Origin: Sminthopsis crassicaudata
Lineage: Eukaryota
Reading direction: 5' to 3'
Assembly: GCF_048593235.1 (NCBI RefSeq)
Contig: NC_133619.1
Location: forward strand, 637,772,558 to 637,836,557
DNA length: 64,000 bases
The number at the start of each line of letters is the position of its first letter. Position 1 is the first letter of the stretch. Below, piece by piece: positions 21,015-34,825 of the stretch. The position numbers and the translations under genes are program-made. Under the pieces are notes generated by a model. That model saw nothing but the letters and a program-made list of their open reading frames with translations. It did not search any database and had not been told where the DNA came from.

Positions 21015-24000
21015 AGATGCAGACCCAGCCTGAAGTCTGAGCCTGGACTTTTGCACTCCAAACTTTATTTATGGACCAATACCCTTCTAGTATATTTATT
21101 CCCTCCATCCCAACAACCACATACTTTATATGCCAGAGGATAGTTTTGTACTTTTGTATTTTTCTATATTTTGTTAAATAAATAAGAAAACACAAAGAAA
21201 TTGAAGGCCTGTCTGTTGTTTTGTAGTTGTTTTCTGTGTTACAGTTTATGGCTATAAGCAAGTGTGATTGTGGGTTTTTTTGTGTAGCTGTGAGCAGGCA
21301 GGATTGTGAGTGTTTATATGTGTATGTAGTTGTAGGTTTGGGTATGGCTGTGAGCTGGTGGGATTATGGATTTGTATGTATGGCTATAAGGGGGAATGGG
21401 GGAATGTGTTCAGTGACCTGTATCTCAGTGTGGGTGCAGTCTGGGTCTCCTTTGACCTTGTGTGTGGGCTGCACTTAGCTGGGAAGATAGTACCTGGGAT
21501 GGAAAATTAGATGATTGCATCGAATAGGGTCTCTAGAAAATCAATACTGGCTGACTCTGAGTGAGCCCCTTGGGCATAGGTAATAGGGACCGGGCAGTCA
21601 GGGTGCCCTCTTAGACGAACCAGCTGGATGCTGGGGTTGGGAGACCATTAGACATAAGGAGACTTCTTGATTCAGTGTCCTCCCATCAGAAAGAAGACAG
21701 TCCATGGGATTTGTGCATATTGCCTCCCTTGCAGAACAAAGACCTTATGGTATTTACACATAACTTGGTTCTTCCTCTTCCCCAATCAGATCAATTGAAG
21801 ATAGAGCATAAAGTAAGGGGGGAGCAGAAAACAGGGTAATGAGGGAAATGCTTATTAAATAACAAATTAATGCAGAGATTTCTGACCTTACCCAGAATAT
21901 GGACTACCTATCATGTCAAGTTGCAGTTGTTTCCCCATCCAAATAGAAAAACCTTTCAAAGAGATTCTAGTCCCAAGAAATCCAACCTTCTCTGTTTTAG
22001 TCTGCCAAAACTGAGTAGAGGCAGACCCCCTTTTGTCAAGACTTCCCATGTAGAGGTAGTTTGGATAAGAGTGAAGTCCCTTTGTCTAAGACCAAGTGAT
22101 CCAATCAAGTTCCCCCATTCTCTCATTAGAATAAGCCCACCTCTCATTATAATATTCATTCTTCTCATTAATTGTTTCCTATCACAGTTATTGCCATCAT
22201 TAAGAACAACTAGTCTTCCAAGTTTATATGAGCATTGATTCAGTTCCATGAGCAGTCTTTGGCACTCAGTAATGCCACTGACCCAAATGTGAAAGGCCAC
22301 TTTTAAATCATTAGTTGTTTTATATATGTGTGTATTGGGGGGGGAGTGGGGGTGTGAATATATACATATATATATATATATCTATATATATATATATATC
22401 TATATATATCTATCTTGATTGACAGTAGCTTACTTGGGAGAGGTGAAGGGAGAATAAAAGTGTAACCTATAGGGAAACAAAGATAAACCCTCATGAATAT
22501 ATTTTCTATTGTTATATATGCCTTTTCGAAATGAAAATGTATTATTCTATATTTTGAATCCTCACTGATGTTCTGCTGAGTACATGACAATGTGTTTTTT
22601 CTTTTTCTGTCCTTTTTCTTTTTTAAGTTAAAGTACATGTTAAATCCGATATATGTGTACATATTTATACTGTTATCTTGCTACACAAGAAAAATCAGAT
22701 CAAGAGGGAAGAAAAAGAAAAACTGAGAAAGAAAACAAAATGCAAGCAAATAACAACAGAGAGAGTGAGAATGCTATGCTGTGGTCCATACTCTGCTCCC
22801 ACAGTCTTCTCTCTAGTGTAGATGGGTTCTCTTCATCACTGAACAAGTGGAACTGGTTTGAATCATCTCATTGTTGAAGAGAGCCAGGTCCATCAGAATT
22901 GATCATCCAATAATCTTGTTGTTGCCATGTATGATGATCTCCTGGTTCTGCTCATTTTTCCCAGCATCAGTTCATGTAAGTCTCTCCAAGCCTCTCTGGC
23001 ATCAACTTGGTGGTCGTTTCTTGCAGAACAATAATATTCCAAAACATTCATACACCATAAATTATTCAGCCATTCTCCACCTGACGCACATCTGCTCAGT
23101 TTCCAGTTTCTTCCCACTATGAAAGGGCTGTCCCAAACCTTTTTGCACACGTGGGTCTCTTTTCCTCCTTTAAGCCCTCCTTGGGATATAAGTCCAGTAG
23201 AAACACTGCTGGGTCAAAGAATATGCACAGTTTGATAACTTTTGGACCATAGATCCTAATTTTTCTCCAGAATGGTTACATTTATTTACAGTTCCACCAA
23301 CAATGCTTCAGTGTCCCAGTTTCCCACATCCCCTCCAACATTCATCATTATCTTTTCCTGTCATCTTAGCAAATCTGAGAGGTGTGTAGAGGTATCTCAG
23401 AGTCATCTTAATTTGCTTTTCTCTGATCAATTGTGATTTGGAGTACCTTTTTATGTGACTAGAAATAGTTTTAATTTTTTCATCTGAAAATTGTTCATAT
23501 CCTTTGACCATTTATCAATAGAGGAATGGCTTGAACTATTATAAATTTGAGTCAATTCTCTATATATTTTAGAAATGAGGCCTTTATCAGAACTTTTGGA
23601 TGTAAAAATATTTTCCCAATTTATTGATTCCCTTCTAATCTTATGATCGATTTTCTCTTTCTGTATTGGTTTATTCACTTCTACAGGTCTTTAGCATCTT
23701 ATCTGTGTTTTCTACATGATGAAATACAAGTTGCCTCATCCCTAAAGTTTATATTATACATTAAATATCTCTATGAGTTGGGGGCTGTATTGCCTACATT
23801 TAGAGGAAATGAGTCATGGGCTATGTTTTATTTTGGAGTTTTTCCTGAATTAAATCTGGATGTCTGGGGTAAGATTAAAGTAAAGAAACTGATTTCTTTG
23901 GAGTCCTTCAGATTAGTTATATGTAGATTAAATCATTTAAAATTAGGAAAAAATATGATGGGCAATCAAAGCAGTCTTCCCCATTGAAAAGAGTTATTGA

Positions 24001-25740
24001 CATCCCCAAATAGAAAATGGATGGAGGAACAGATATTGACTCAGATAATAACACATTGTTTTAGAAGTTTAGCCTGTGTAAATCAAAGGAGTCAACAAAC
24101 CACTTGAGTCAGCAAATGTTTGAGCTATTTGCCAAGTGGAGAGATGTAGTAGCTAAGGAATGTATCATTTTTACAACAGAAAACTGTAAAATGGTAAGGA
24201 AGAGTTTGAACAGTATCAATTCAGCAAAGCAAAGAAATTTCAAGAAAGCTTGGCAAGATATTGGCAACTAAAAACATTCATCCTGAGGACATTTAAAGAT
24301 AAAAGTGGAAGATAACAAAAGATTAAAGTTGAGAGAGAGGTACATATTTTCATGTAACACTTATTGACTGTGTGTGACACTTGGTGAGTACTCCATGTGT
24401 CAACTGGGCCACAGCAGCTAGGTAAGAAGTCTAAGTCATCAATTTTAGTGTCATCATCCTGTGAAACCCCCATCAAATCAGTATCCCTTGATTCATTGGG
24501 GGAAGGGAGAGGACAGCATATTTGAATTGTCCACCAGATGGTGCTATATTCAAGTCACCAACCAAGTGGTCTCATCAGGGTCTCTTTGGCACCAAGCCTC
24601 CCCTACTGCACCAAGCAGTCTGGCTCTAAACAAATGGGCAAGTAAGCCAAAACAAAACTTGACCAAAAGTTGGATCTATTCTGAATAGATTCTGAATTTA
24701 AATTAGAGAATTATGAATTATTAAAACATTAAAATCTGAAATCATTGGTCTTTAAAGAACTCAAAGTCCTCCAACCCTTCTCCTAGACTTTAGTTTATCA
24801 GCTGAAACATCCTCTTTTCTCTTAATTCATAACACTATGGCCACATAACAAAAAATGTAGGGAAAAGGATTCAGAGTGCTGTCTTGATTTTAACCCCATT
24901 TAGATTCCCAAACTTTCTTTTCATTGCCTTTATTGCCATTTTTTTTTGAGTTGTCAGAGGGATAATTTCAAAAAACTTGTATTCTGATCCTGCAGGTCAT
25001 AGGAAAGACCAAGTGTGTATTTGTGGGAAATATTGGGAAAGGGAGTTGTATGTCTGAGACCTCACCTCAGGGACAGAACTATGATCAGTGGAAGGTGTGG
25101 AAAGAGAAGGTGGTAGATGGGTGTTGGTATCTCTTTCCTGAACAAAGGGATTTTCAAAAGCTGAACATTCTAGCCACTAGTCTGTCATTATCATGGCTCC
25201 TGATTGTTCCAACTGCTGTAGCTGTCCAATCTGGTAGTCCAGCTTTGCCAGGACAATCCTGATTATAGCAAGTCCCTTCAACCTGCCCCACTCCCCACAT
25301 CTTCAAAGGGTATCAGGAAATGTCTCTTGAGATCAAAGGGAAACATAAGGGAGAAAGTAAATTTTAGGTAAAACCACCAGTCTCCCTTCCTTTCTCCAAT
25401 GTTAGGCTTACCTTCTTGTCATGGAACTCTAATTCAACAAGATATTATACCACAGCAGTGTAATGTTGTTTCCTCACACTCATGGACATGTTATTGGTGA
25501 GCAATGCTCCTCCCTCTTTTCTATCCTCAAACAGTCAAACCCAAAGGCACTGTGTGGGCCACAGGTTAAATCTTTTCACTGTTAAGGACAGTAGAGATGC
25601 CATATCTGGACTCTAACAGCAAAGGCCCAGATGTGCTAAGAGAGGAAATGGTAATAGCAAAGAAGAAACCAGAGATTTGCATTAGAGGCAGCCCAATTAT
25701 GAAGATGTTGAAAGTTTATTCCCAGAGTATGTGAAACCAA

Positions 25741-26567
25741 GGGTGCCATTTGTTATGGGAGTCTCTTGTTAGTGGCTGCTGGGAATATATTCCCCCTTTT
25801 TTGTTTTATGGGAACACAGTTATTTTTCCCCCAACAATATGGTCAGTAAGTTTGTCGAGTATTGTGAAGGGCTGTTATTTGAGTCTGAATGTTGAGGAAT
25901 ATAAACAGCATTATCAAAATTTTTCTGTCTTGTTCTTCTGCCTGGTTGCAGAGTGAGTCATTATACTAGGTATTGAATCTCGTGAGATGTCATGGAGGTA
26001 AACTTTCTGACAAATGGAGAAGTAGGACTGCAGTCAGAACAGACATTTTTCATAAGTCTCTCATCAGTCTCCTGGCTCAACACTTTGGTATGTTGGCCCA
26101 TTTTAATTACCCCAACAGATAAAAGTGTTACCAGGTCTCTTTTCCCTTTCCTTCCCCACAGGTTACAGCAGGAACTCTCCTGGGAAGATCCCATTTACCA
26201 ACAGCTTTCAAGCACTGCTGCTGCTGTTACTGCTTTTTTGTTTCTTATGCCTCTTGTGCCCCACATTGGGCGCCATTTGTTACTGAAGCCTCTTGTTAGT
26301 GGTTGCTGGGGATCTACTTCTGACCAGCAGGATAGATCCTTTCATGTGAGTGGATGATAACAACACAAGGAGACTGAGAAGCGATTGCAATCTCTGATCT
26401 CCCTCCTTTTCTCTTTTGTCTCCATTTTATTTCATTCCCAATCCACAAGCAACATCTGTGTTAATAAAAACTGATTTGCAATTGCTTCAGTCATGTTATG
26501 ATTCACAGTTGTGGGGGCTTTCTGGAGAACTGATCTTCCCCTTTAAACTTAGGCATAATCCTTAACA
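25741..26567 (-). mobile_element. Endogenous retrovirus remnant: ~290 bp LTR, tRNA-Lys primer binding site, leader and possible gag start
   Basis: The element 26278-26567 has tgtta...taaca termini. On the - strand it ends CA-aa-TGGCGCCCAATGTGGGGC (PBS 26258-26275, 17/18 match to the tRNA-Lys1,2 PBS), with ATGGGCCAA (MGQ) downstream. A second LTR end plus PBS remnant lies at 25741-25795. No TSD was found. Confidence 0.6.
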
Positions 26568-27086
26568 AATGCCCAGTTTTTTTTTTTGTTTTTTTGTTTT
26601 TTGTTTTTTTGCTTCAAGTGACAGGTTATTGCAGCCTTATAGATAAATTCCATAGTCTCTTCAAAGATGATCTATAATTATTGGTCAAGGTAATGTGTAA
26701 TTGGACATACAATGTATAAAACTTGTTTTGCAGTATACATATTTTGTACTTCCATTGCAAATAGACAAAGAGCTGGGTCCATAATTGTAAAGGAAAAAGA
26801 AAGCAGAAACAATATATTTGGGAAATTACAATATTATTTTAATAATTTAAGCTTCTCCCAGAAACAAAGGCTTCGAAGAACAGTAACATTTATATGTTTA
26901 TAAGGAATGCAAAACAGTTTATATACATTGATTTGATTCTCCCAAAAACGTTGTGAATAAAGTATTACAAGTATTATGAGCTCCATTTTATACATGAGAG
27001 AATTAAGGAGAGAGGAATTAAATAATTTGCTCTAGTTCCCACAGATTCACAGAGGGGAAGATATTTGGCTAAAGAGTCACTAGGTG

Positions 27087-27248
27087 GGGGGCAACTAGGT
27101 GGCACAGTGTATAGAACACCAGCCCTGAATTCAGGAGGACCAGAGTTCAAATCTGATCTCTGACACTTAACACTTCCTAGCTGTGTGACCCTGGGCAAGT
27201 CACTTAACCCCAGCCTCAGGGGGAAAAAAAAAAAAAAGAAAAAAAAAA
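27087..27248 (+). mobile_element. Young WSINE1-like SINE immediately upstream of an older SINE (~27262-27380)
   Basis: ggggcaactaggtggcacagtg...gagttcaaatctgatctctgacacttaacacttcctagctgtgtgaccctgggcaagtcacttaacccc plus an A tail, with TSD-like agtcact(a/g)ggtgg. It is absent at the paralogous site ~18585-18600. Confidence 0.88.
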
Positions 27249-27937
27249 GTCACTGGGTGGAGCGGCAGCTCAATGTCAGTGAATAGAGCATGGGCCTTGA
27301 AGTCAGGATAACCTGAGTTCAGATCCCGCCTCAGATACTTAACACTTCCTACCTGTGTGGGCTAGTCAATTAACCCCAAATGGCTCTGTAAAAAGGGAAA
27401 AGCTAATTAAGTCTTGAGTGGAGAAGAGGAAAGATGTGGGGGAAATTGATAGGGTAAGAAAGGGGAGAAGGAGGAAGCTGAGAGTAAAAGATTAGAGGGG
27501 AGACAGAGGAAAAAGGAAGAGATGCGTTGGAGGAGGAGTGCCGGCATAAAGAGATCCTAGGGAGAAAGAAGGGAAGGAAAAGGAGGAGGGGTGTGGGCAG
27601 GAATACCCTGGAGATCTGAAAAGGAAATCTGAAAGTCGGGAGGAGAGAAGGTGCGCCCCAACCTGAGCGAGCGCAGGAGCTGCTGCTTTTGTGGAATCAC
27701 TGGCTACAAGAGCCGCTTGCTGTCAGTCTGCCTTGGGCTGGACCTTGCTCTTTCAGTTTTCCTTTCCTGGTACCCGCCCTTCTTACCTGCAGACACCTGG
27801 CCCCGCCCCTTTCGCAGCGGGATTTTTGGAATCTGTTTCCACTTTTCATACATCAGGGGAATCTCCGGCTCTGCCGCTTAAAAGTGCAGGGATGAAGCGG
27901 TCTCCTGCATCACTTGTCACCTCACTTCTCCAAGGCC

Positions 27938-29264
27938 ATGAGGACTCCGCAGGCTCTCCCGCTGCTGCTTTGTGCCCTGATGTCAGGGGCAATTTCGAAG
28001 TCCCTGGCCCCGACTCCCAGCAGCCTTCCCCCCGAGAGGAGCTGCCAGATCAGCCACTTCAAGTCTCTTTCGCCTCGGGAGCTGGAAACCTTCAAGGTGG
28101 CCCAAAATGCCTACGTGAGTTCCTGGAGTAATTTTTGTACCCCACTCCTTCCATCCCTCACTTCCCGGGGTCTAACCTCGATCTCTTTTACTGGGCTCTA
28201 ATACTCATCTCTCGCACTGAGACCTAACCTTCATCCTTCCTTCTTGAGCTGTCGCTTTCTCTGTTTCTAACCTCCGTTCTACATCGCAAGGATCTAGAAG
28301 GGTCACAAGCCTTTAACTCCTTCCTCTTCATCCCCCAAAGGAGAAGATCATGATTCAGACGGAGAGGAAATGTAGCTCCCGATTCTTCCACAGAAACTGG
28401 GACCTTCGGCAGCTGCCGGTAAGAAGGGGCGCTCCCCACCTCTCAGTCCCCCATCGCCTGCCTCCGAAATCTGTAGCCTCCCCATTTCTCTTCCCCCATC
28501 TGTGGGTCCTCCCCGTCTCCTTCCCCTGTCCCCTTCATCAGCCTCTCCCTCACATCGCCTCTCATCTCTCTCCTCACAGCCGTCCGTCCGGCCCCTGGTC
28601 TTACAGGCTGAGCTGAAATTGACTCTGGACGTCTTGAAAGCCGTAACCAAGCCTGAGCTGGACAGAGTTCTGGCTCAACCCCTACAAACGCTCAGCCACA
28701 TCTACCAAGAGATCCAAAGCTGTGTGAGTACTGGAGGATGGGCGGGGCTCCCCTGGACCAATGGGCATGGAGCTGTTCCCTGTCTCTCAGGCGCCTCTGT
28801 CCCTTGCAGTGAGGCTGAGAGGCTGCAATACCTGGATTCCTCCCTCTCCCCCCACCCATCAAGTACCCGAGTTCCCCTTCTCTTTTATCAAGTCCACCCT
28901 CTCCCTACACAGGTTACTTCCAGGCCCTCTAAGGAACACAGGCCTCCAGGCCGCCTGAAGAATTGGCTGAACAAGCTCAGTGAGGCCAGAAAGGTGAGTC
29001 AGGAAAGCTTCAGATCTACGGAGGGCACCCGGGGATGGAGGGGAGGAGTCAGAGGGGACCCCAGAGCCTGGGCAGCAAGAGACTCTGCCCACCCCACCCC
29101 CACCCCGAGGGAGGAGCAGGACTCAGAATTCCCCAGAGGACCCTTACCCCTGTGTCTCTTCTCTTTAGGAGCCTCACAATTGCCTAGAAGCATCGATCAT
29201 GCTCAATCTCTCCGGAATCCTGATCCAAGACCTCCGATGTGTAGCCTATGGGGACCTCTGTTGA
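27938..29264 (+). CDS. IFNL: Interferon lambda copy 3, 5 exons, 191 aa; chimeric (exons 1-4 like copy 5, exon 5 like copy 1)
   Basis: Exons 27938-28114, 28341-28418, 28580-28723, 28913-28993 and 29169-29264. It has SCQISHF but helix F LNLSGILIQDL. Confidence 0.95.
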
Positions 29265-32200
29265 AGATGCAGACTCAGCCTGAGGTCTGAGCTGGACTTT
29301 TGCACTCCAAACTTTATTTATGGACCAACACCCTTCTAATATATTTATTCCTTCCACTCCCCAACAACCACATACTTTATATGCCACAGGATAGTTTTGT
29401 GCTTTTGTATTTTTTTTTCTATATTTTGTTAAATAAATAAGAAAACACAAAAAAAATGAAGGCCTGTCTGTTGTTTTGTAGTTGTTTTCTGTGTGACAGT
29501 TTGTGGCTATAAGCTAGTGTGGTTGTGGATTTCTGTGTATCTGTGAGCAGGTGGGATTGTGGATTTGTGGGTTTGTGTGTGTAATTGAGGATCTGTGTAT
29601 GGCTGTGAACAGGTAGGGTTATGGATTTGTGAGCACAGTTGTGGGTTTGTGTATATAGTCAAAAGGTCTGAGTATGGCCGTGAGCTGTTGGGATTGTGAG
29701 TCTGTCTATGTGTGTGTATGTAGTTGTAGGTTTGTGTATGGCTGTGAGCTGGTGGGATTATGGATTTGTATGTATGGCTATAATGTGGGAATGTGGGAAT
29801 GTGTTCAGTGACCTGGATCTCAGTGTGGGTGCAGTCTGGGTCTCCTTTGACCTTTCTTGTGGGCTCCACTTTGCTGGGAAAGTAGTAGCTGGGATGGAAA
29901 ATTAGATGATTGCATCGAATAGGGTCTCAAGTCAATCAATACTGGCTGACTCTGAGTGAGCCCCTTGGGCATAGGTGATAGGGACCGGGCAGTCAGGGTG
30001 TCCTCTTAGACGAACCAGCTGATTGCTGGAGTTGGGAGACCATTAGACATAAGGAGACTTCTTGATTCAGTGTCCTCCCATCAGAAAGAAGACAGTCCAT
30101 GGGATTTGTGCAGAACAAAGACCTTATGGTATTTACACACTAATTTGGTTCTTCCTCTTCCCCAATCAGATCAATTGAAGATAGAGCATAAAGTAAGGGG
30201 GGAGCAGAAAAGAGTAATGACGGAAATGCTTATTAAATAACAAATTATTGCAGAGATTTCTGACCTTACCCAGAATATGGGCTACCTATCATGTCAAGTT
30301 GCAGTTGTTTCCCCATCCAAATAGAAAAACCTTTCAAAGAGATTCTAGTCCCAAGAAATCCAACCTCTCTGTTTTAGTCTGCCAAAACTGAGTAGAGGCA
30401 GACCCCCTTTTGTCAAGACTTCCCATGTAGGGGTAGTTTGGATAAGAGTGAAGTCCCTTTGTCTAATACTGAGTGATCCAATCAAGTTTCCCCATTCCCT
30501 CATTAGAATAAGCCCACCTCTCATTATAATATTCATTCTTCTCATTAATTGTTAACCTATCACAGTTATTGCCATCCTTAAGAACAACTAGTCTTCCAAG
30601 TGTATATGAGCATTGACTGGATTCTATAAGTGGTCTCTGGCACTCAGAAATGCTTCTGACCCAAAGGGCAAAGACCACTTTAAAATAATTAGCTGCTATA
30701 TGTATATGTGTGTGTGTGTGGGGGGGTGAGTGTGAATATATATATCTGTGCTTACCAGTAGCTTACTTGGGAAAGGTGTAGGGAGAATAAAAGTGTAACC
30801 TACAGGGAACCAAAGGTAAACCCTCATGAATATTTTTTCAATGGTTATATATGCTTTCTTGAAATGAAAATTTTCTACATTTTGAATCTCTCTGATGTTC
30901 TGCTGGGCACATGTTTTGTTTTGTTTTTTACTTTCCTTTTTTGTCCTTTTTCTTTATGTTAAAATACATATTAAATCCAATATATATATTTATACAATAT
31001 ATGTATTTACACATATATTTATACAGTTATCTTGTTGCACAAGAAAAATTAGATCAAGAAGGAAGAAATAGAAAAACTGAGGAAGAAAACAAAATGCAAG
31101 CAAATAATGACAGAGAAAGTGAGAATGCTATGTTGGGGTCCATACTCTGCTCCCACAGTTCTCTCTCTAGTGTAGGTGGGTCTCTACATCACTGAACAAG
31201 TGGAACTGGTTTGAATCATCTCATTGTTGAAGAGAGCCACATCCATCAGAATTGATCATGGTATAGTCTTGTATAATTATCTCCTGGTTCTGCTCATTTC
31301 ACTCAGCATTAGTTCATGTAAGTCTCTCCAAGTCTCTCTGAAATCATACTGCTGATCATTTCTTACAGAACACTCATATTCCATAACATTCAGATACCAC
31401 AATTTATTCAGTCATTCTTTAATTGATGGCCATCCACTCAGTTTCCATTTTCTGGCCACTATGAAAAGAGCTGCCACAAACATTTTTGCAAATGTGGGTC
31501 CCTTTCCCTCCTTTATGATCTCTTTGGAATATAAGCCCAGTAGTAACACTGCTGAATCAAAGGATATGCACAGTTTATAATTTTTTGAGAATAGTTCCAA
31601 AGTGCTCTCCAGAATGGTTGGATTTGTCCACATTTCCAACAATATGGTAACAATATGGTATCAGTGTCCCAATTTTTCCAAATCCCCTTCACCATTCAAC
31701 ATCATCTTTTCCTGTCATCTTGGCTAATCTAGAGGTATGTAGTGTTATCTCAGAATTGTCTTAATTTGCTTTTCTCTGATCAATAGTGATTTGGAGCACC
31801 TTTTCATGTGACTGCAAATAATTTCAATTTCTTCATCTGAAAATTGTCTGTTCATATCCTTTGACCATTTATCACTTGAAGAATGACTTGAACTATTATA
31901 AATTTGAGTCAATTCTCTATATATTTTAAAAATAAGGCCTTTATCATATTCTTTGTATGTGAAGATGTTTTCCCAGTTTATTGCTTCCCTTCTAATCTTG
32001 TCTGCATTAGTTTTGTTTTATCCAATAACTTTTTAACTTAATTTAATGAAAATTATTTATTTTGTAATCAATAATGATCTTCAATTCTTTGGTCTTCTGT
32101 CCTCTTTCTAGATTTTAAAAAATTATTTTGTATTTAGGTCAATAAAAAAGATGTGCTAGCAATAATCTAATTATTAATTACCCAGAAGCTAAGTCTGTTG

Positions 32201-34825
32201 AACTTTTTATGTCATAGTAAGCAGGTAATAAGACATCATCAGAGTGAAAGTCACTGTATCCTATTATCTCTTTAGGAAGTGTGAAGGGTCCCTGATTAAA
32301 TTGGAAGGGAATCCAAGCATTGGATACTTGAAAATCGGATATGACCTCGGTATCTCTGAGAAGACAAAGCCTGCTGCCTTTGATGAGAGCTAAGCAGTTC
32401 TAGGAAGAAGTTTGATTCCCAACTTTGTGAATCACAGCACTTTCACTTCTACCAGAGGAAAGGGCAGGGCCATAGTGGAGCCAGTGATTGATTTTTTCCC
32501 TCCCTCCATCATCAAGCCATGACTTTTTGCAGAGGCACTATTAATATAGGAGGATATGCCATAACCAATTCAAAATCTGGTTTAGCCCACAACTCCCTGG
32601 GTTGCTTCTGGACTCAGTCAGTCTTCCACCATGAAATGGCCTTTTTCACTCTAAATGTTTCACAGGTAGTCAGTAACCATTTATTAAATGCTTACTGGAT
32701 TTCAGGCATTAAGCTCTAGAAATTAAAAAAAAAAAAAAAAAGGTAAGGAATAATCATCTGATGGATGAATTCATCACTGAATCTTTTTTTCAGGAAACAC
32801 CAGTGCCACCCAAGCTGATTTTAAAATTTATTTTAATAGTATTTTATTTTTTCCAAATACATGCAAAGATAGTTTGGTTCCCCCCCCCCAAGTTGGGGTT
32901 AAGTGACTTGCCCAGGGTCACACAGCTAGGAAGTGTTAAGTGTCTGAGACCACATTTGAACTCCGGTCCTCCTGAATTCAAGGCTGGTGCTCTATCCACT
33001 TCACCACCTAGCTGCCCCGATAGTTTTTTTTTTAATTAAAATTTTTTATTTTCTCCAAAGAGATCTTAAAGGAGGGAAAGGACCCACAGGTTAAAAAAAA
33101 TGTGTGTACTATCCCTTTTAGTAGTAGCAAAAAACTGGAAATTGAGTAGATGGATGCCCATCAATTGCAGAATGGCTGAATAAATTGTGGTATATAAATG
33201 TTATGGAATGTCATTGTTCTGTAAAAAATGACCAGCAGGATGATTTCAGAGACGTCTGGAGAGACTTACATGAACTGATGCTGAGGGAAGTAGAAGTAGG
33301 AGATCATTGTACACATTGATCAATTCTGATGGTAGTGGCTCTCTTCAACAATGAGATGACTCAAACCAGTTCCAATGATCTTGTGATAGAGAGAGCCATT
33401 TGCCCTCAGAGAAGGGACTGTGGGAATTGAGTGTGGATCACAACATAGTGTTTTCACTCTTTGTTTGTTGTTTACTTGCATTTTATTTTCTTAAAGTTTT
33501 TTTCCTTTTTATTATGCCCAAAAAGTTATCAAACTGTGTATATCCTTTGATCCAGCACTGCTACTACTGGGCTTATATCCCAAGGAAATAATACTAAAGA
33601 AGGGAAAGGGACCTGTATGTGCCAAAATGTTTGTGGCAGCCCTTTTTGAAGTGGCTAGAAACTGGAAAATGAATGGATGCCCCTTAATTGGAGAATGGTT
33701 GGGTAAATTATGGTATATAAATGTTATGGAATGTTATTGTTCTGTAAGAAATGACCAGCAGGATGAATACACGGAGGCTTGGAGAGACTGACAGGAACTG
33801 ATGCTGAGTGAAATGAGCAGAACTGGGAGATCATTATACACTTCAACAACAATACTATATGAGGATGTATTCTGATGGAAGTGGATATCTTCAACATAGA
33901 GAAGATCTAATCCAGTTCCAATTGATCAATGATGGACAGATTCAGCTACACCCAGAGAAGGAACACTGGGATATGAATGTAAACTGTTTGCATTTTTTTT
34001 TTGCTCCCCAGCTTATTTTTACCTTCAGAATCCAATTCTTCCTTTGCAACAACAACAACAACAAAAATTTGGTTCTGCACACATATATTGTACCTAGGAT
34101 ATACTATAACATATTTAATATGTATAGGAGTGCCTGCCATCTAGGGGAGGGGGTGGAGGGAAGGATGTGAAAAATTCGGAACAGAAGGGAGTACAAGGGA
34201 TAATGTTGTAAAAAATCTGTGCATATGTACTGTCAAAAAAAGTTATAATTATAAAATTAATTTAAAAAATAAATAAATAAAAGTTTTTTCTTTTTGATTT
34301 GATTTTTCTTGTGTGTGAAGCAAGATAATTGTATAAGTATGTATGCATATATTGAATTTAATGTATATTTTACATGCTTAACATATATTAGATTACTTGC
34401 CATCTAGGGGAGAGGATGGAGGAAACAGGGGGGGAAACTGAAACACAAGATTTTCAAGGGTTAATGTGGAAAAATAATCCAACCATATATTTTTTCTTTT
34501 TTTCCCCCAAGCATATATTTTTAAAAAGCTTTAATAAAAAACTTTTTATTTTCAAAATATATGCCTATCGTTTCAACAATGAGTTGATTTGGGCCATTTC
34601 CAATGATCTTGTGATAGAGACAGTCATTTGCACCTAGTGAAAGGACTGTGAGAAATCAGATTGCATCACAACATAGTGTTTTCACTCTTTTTGTTGTTGT
34701 TTGCTTGCATTTTGTTTTCTTTCATATTCTTTTCCTTTTTGATCTGGTTTTTCTTGTGCAGTATGATCATTGTGGAAATAAGTATAGAAAAATTACACAT
34801 GTTTAACATATATTGGATTGCTTGC

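Larger units (their letters stand above)
2116..29168 (+). repeat. ~27.05 kb tandem segmental duplication, unit 1
   Basis: ORFs and sequence recur at offsets of 27041-27053 bp (e.g. 19668/46718, 27914/54964, 8818/35859). Manual spot checks show near identity with scattered SNPs and indels. Boundaries are approximate. Confidence 0.95.

Noticed and set aside
20255-21040. 261-262 aa ORFs spanning IFNL exons 3-5 (also 1576, 28502, 47305, 55552)
   Set aside because: They are read-through of introns between real exons, not separate genes.
25791-25804. Perfect 14-bp palindrome gggaatatattccc as an NF-kB site
   Set aside because: The spacing is too long for the 10-11 bp kB consensus, and it lies within the ERV remnant.
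27087-27200. tRNA-like A/B box sequences
   Set aside because: They are SINE heads, with no complete cloverleaf or tRNA gene.
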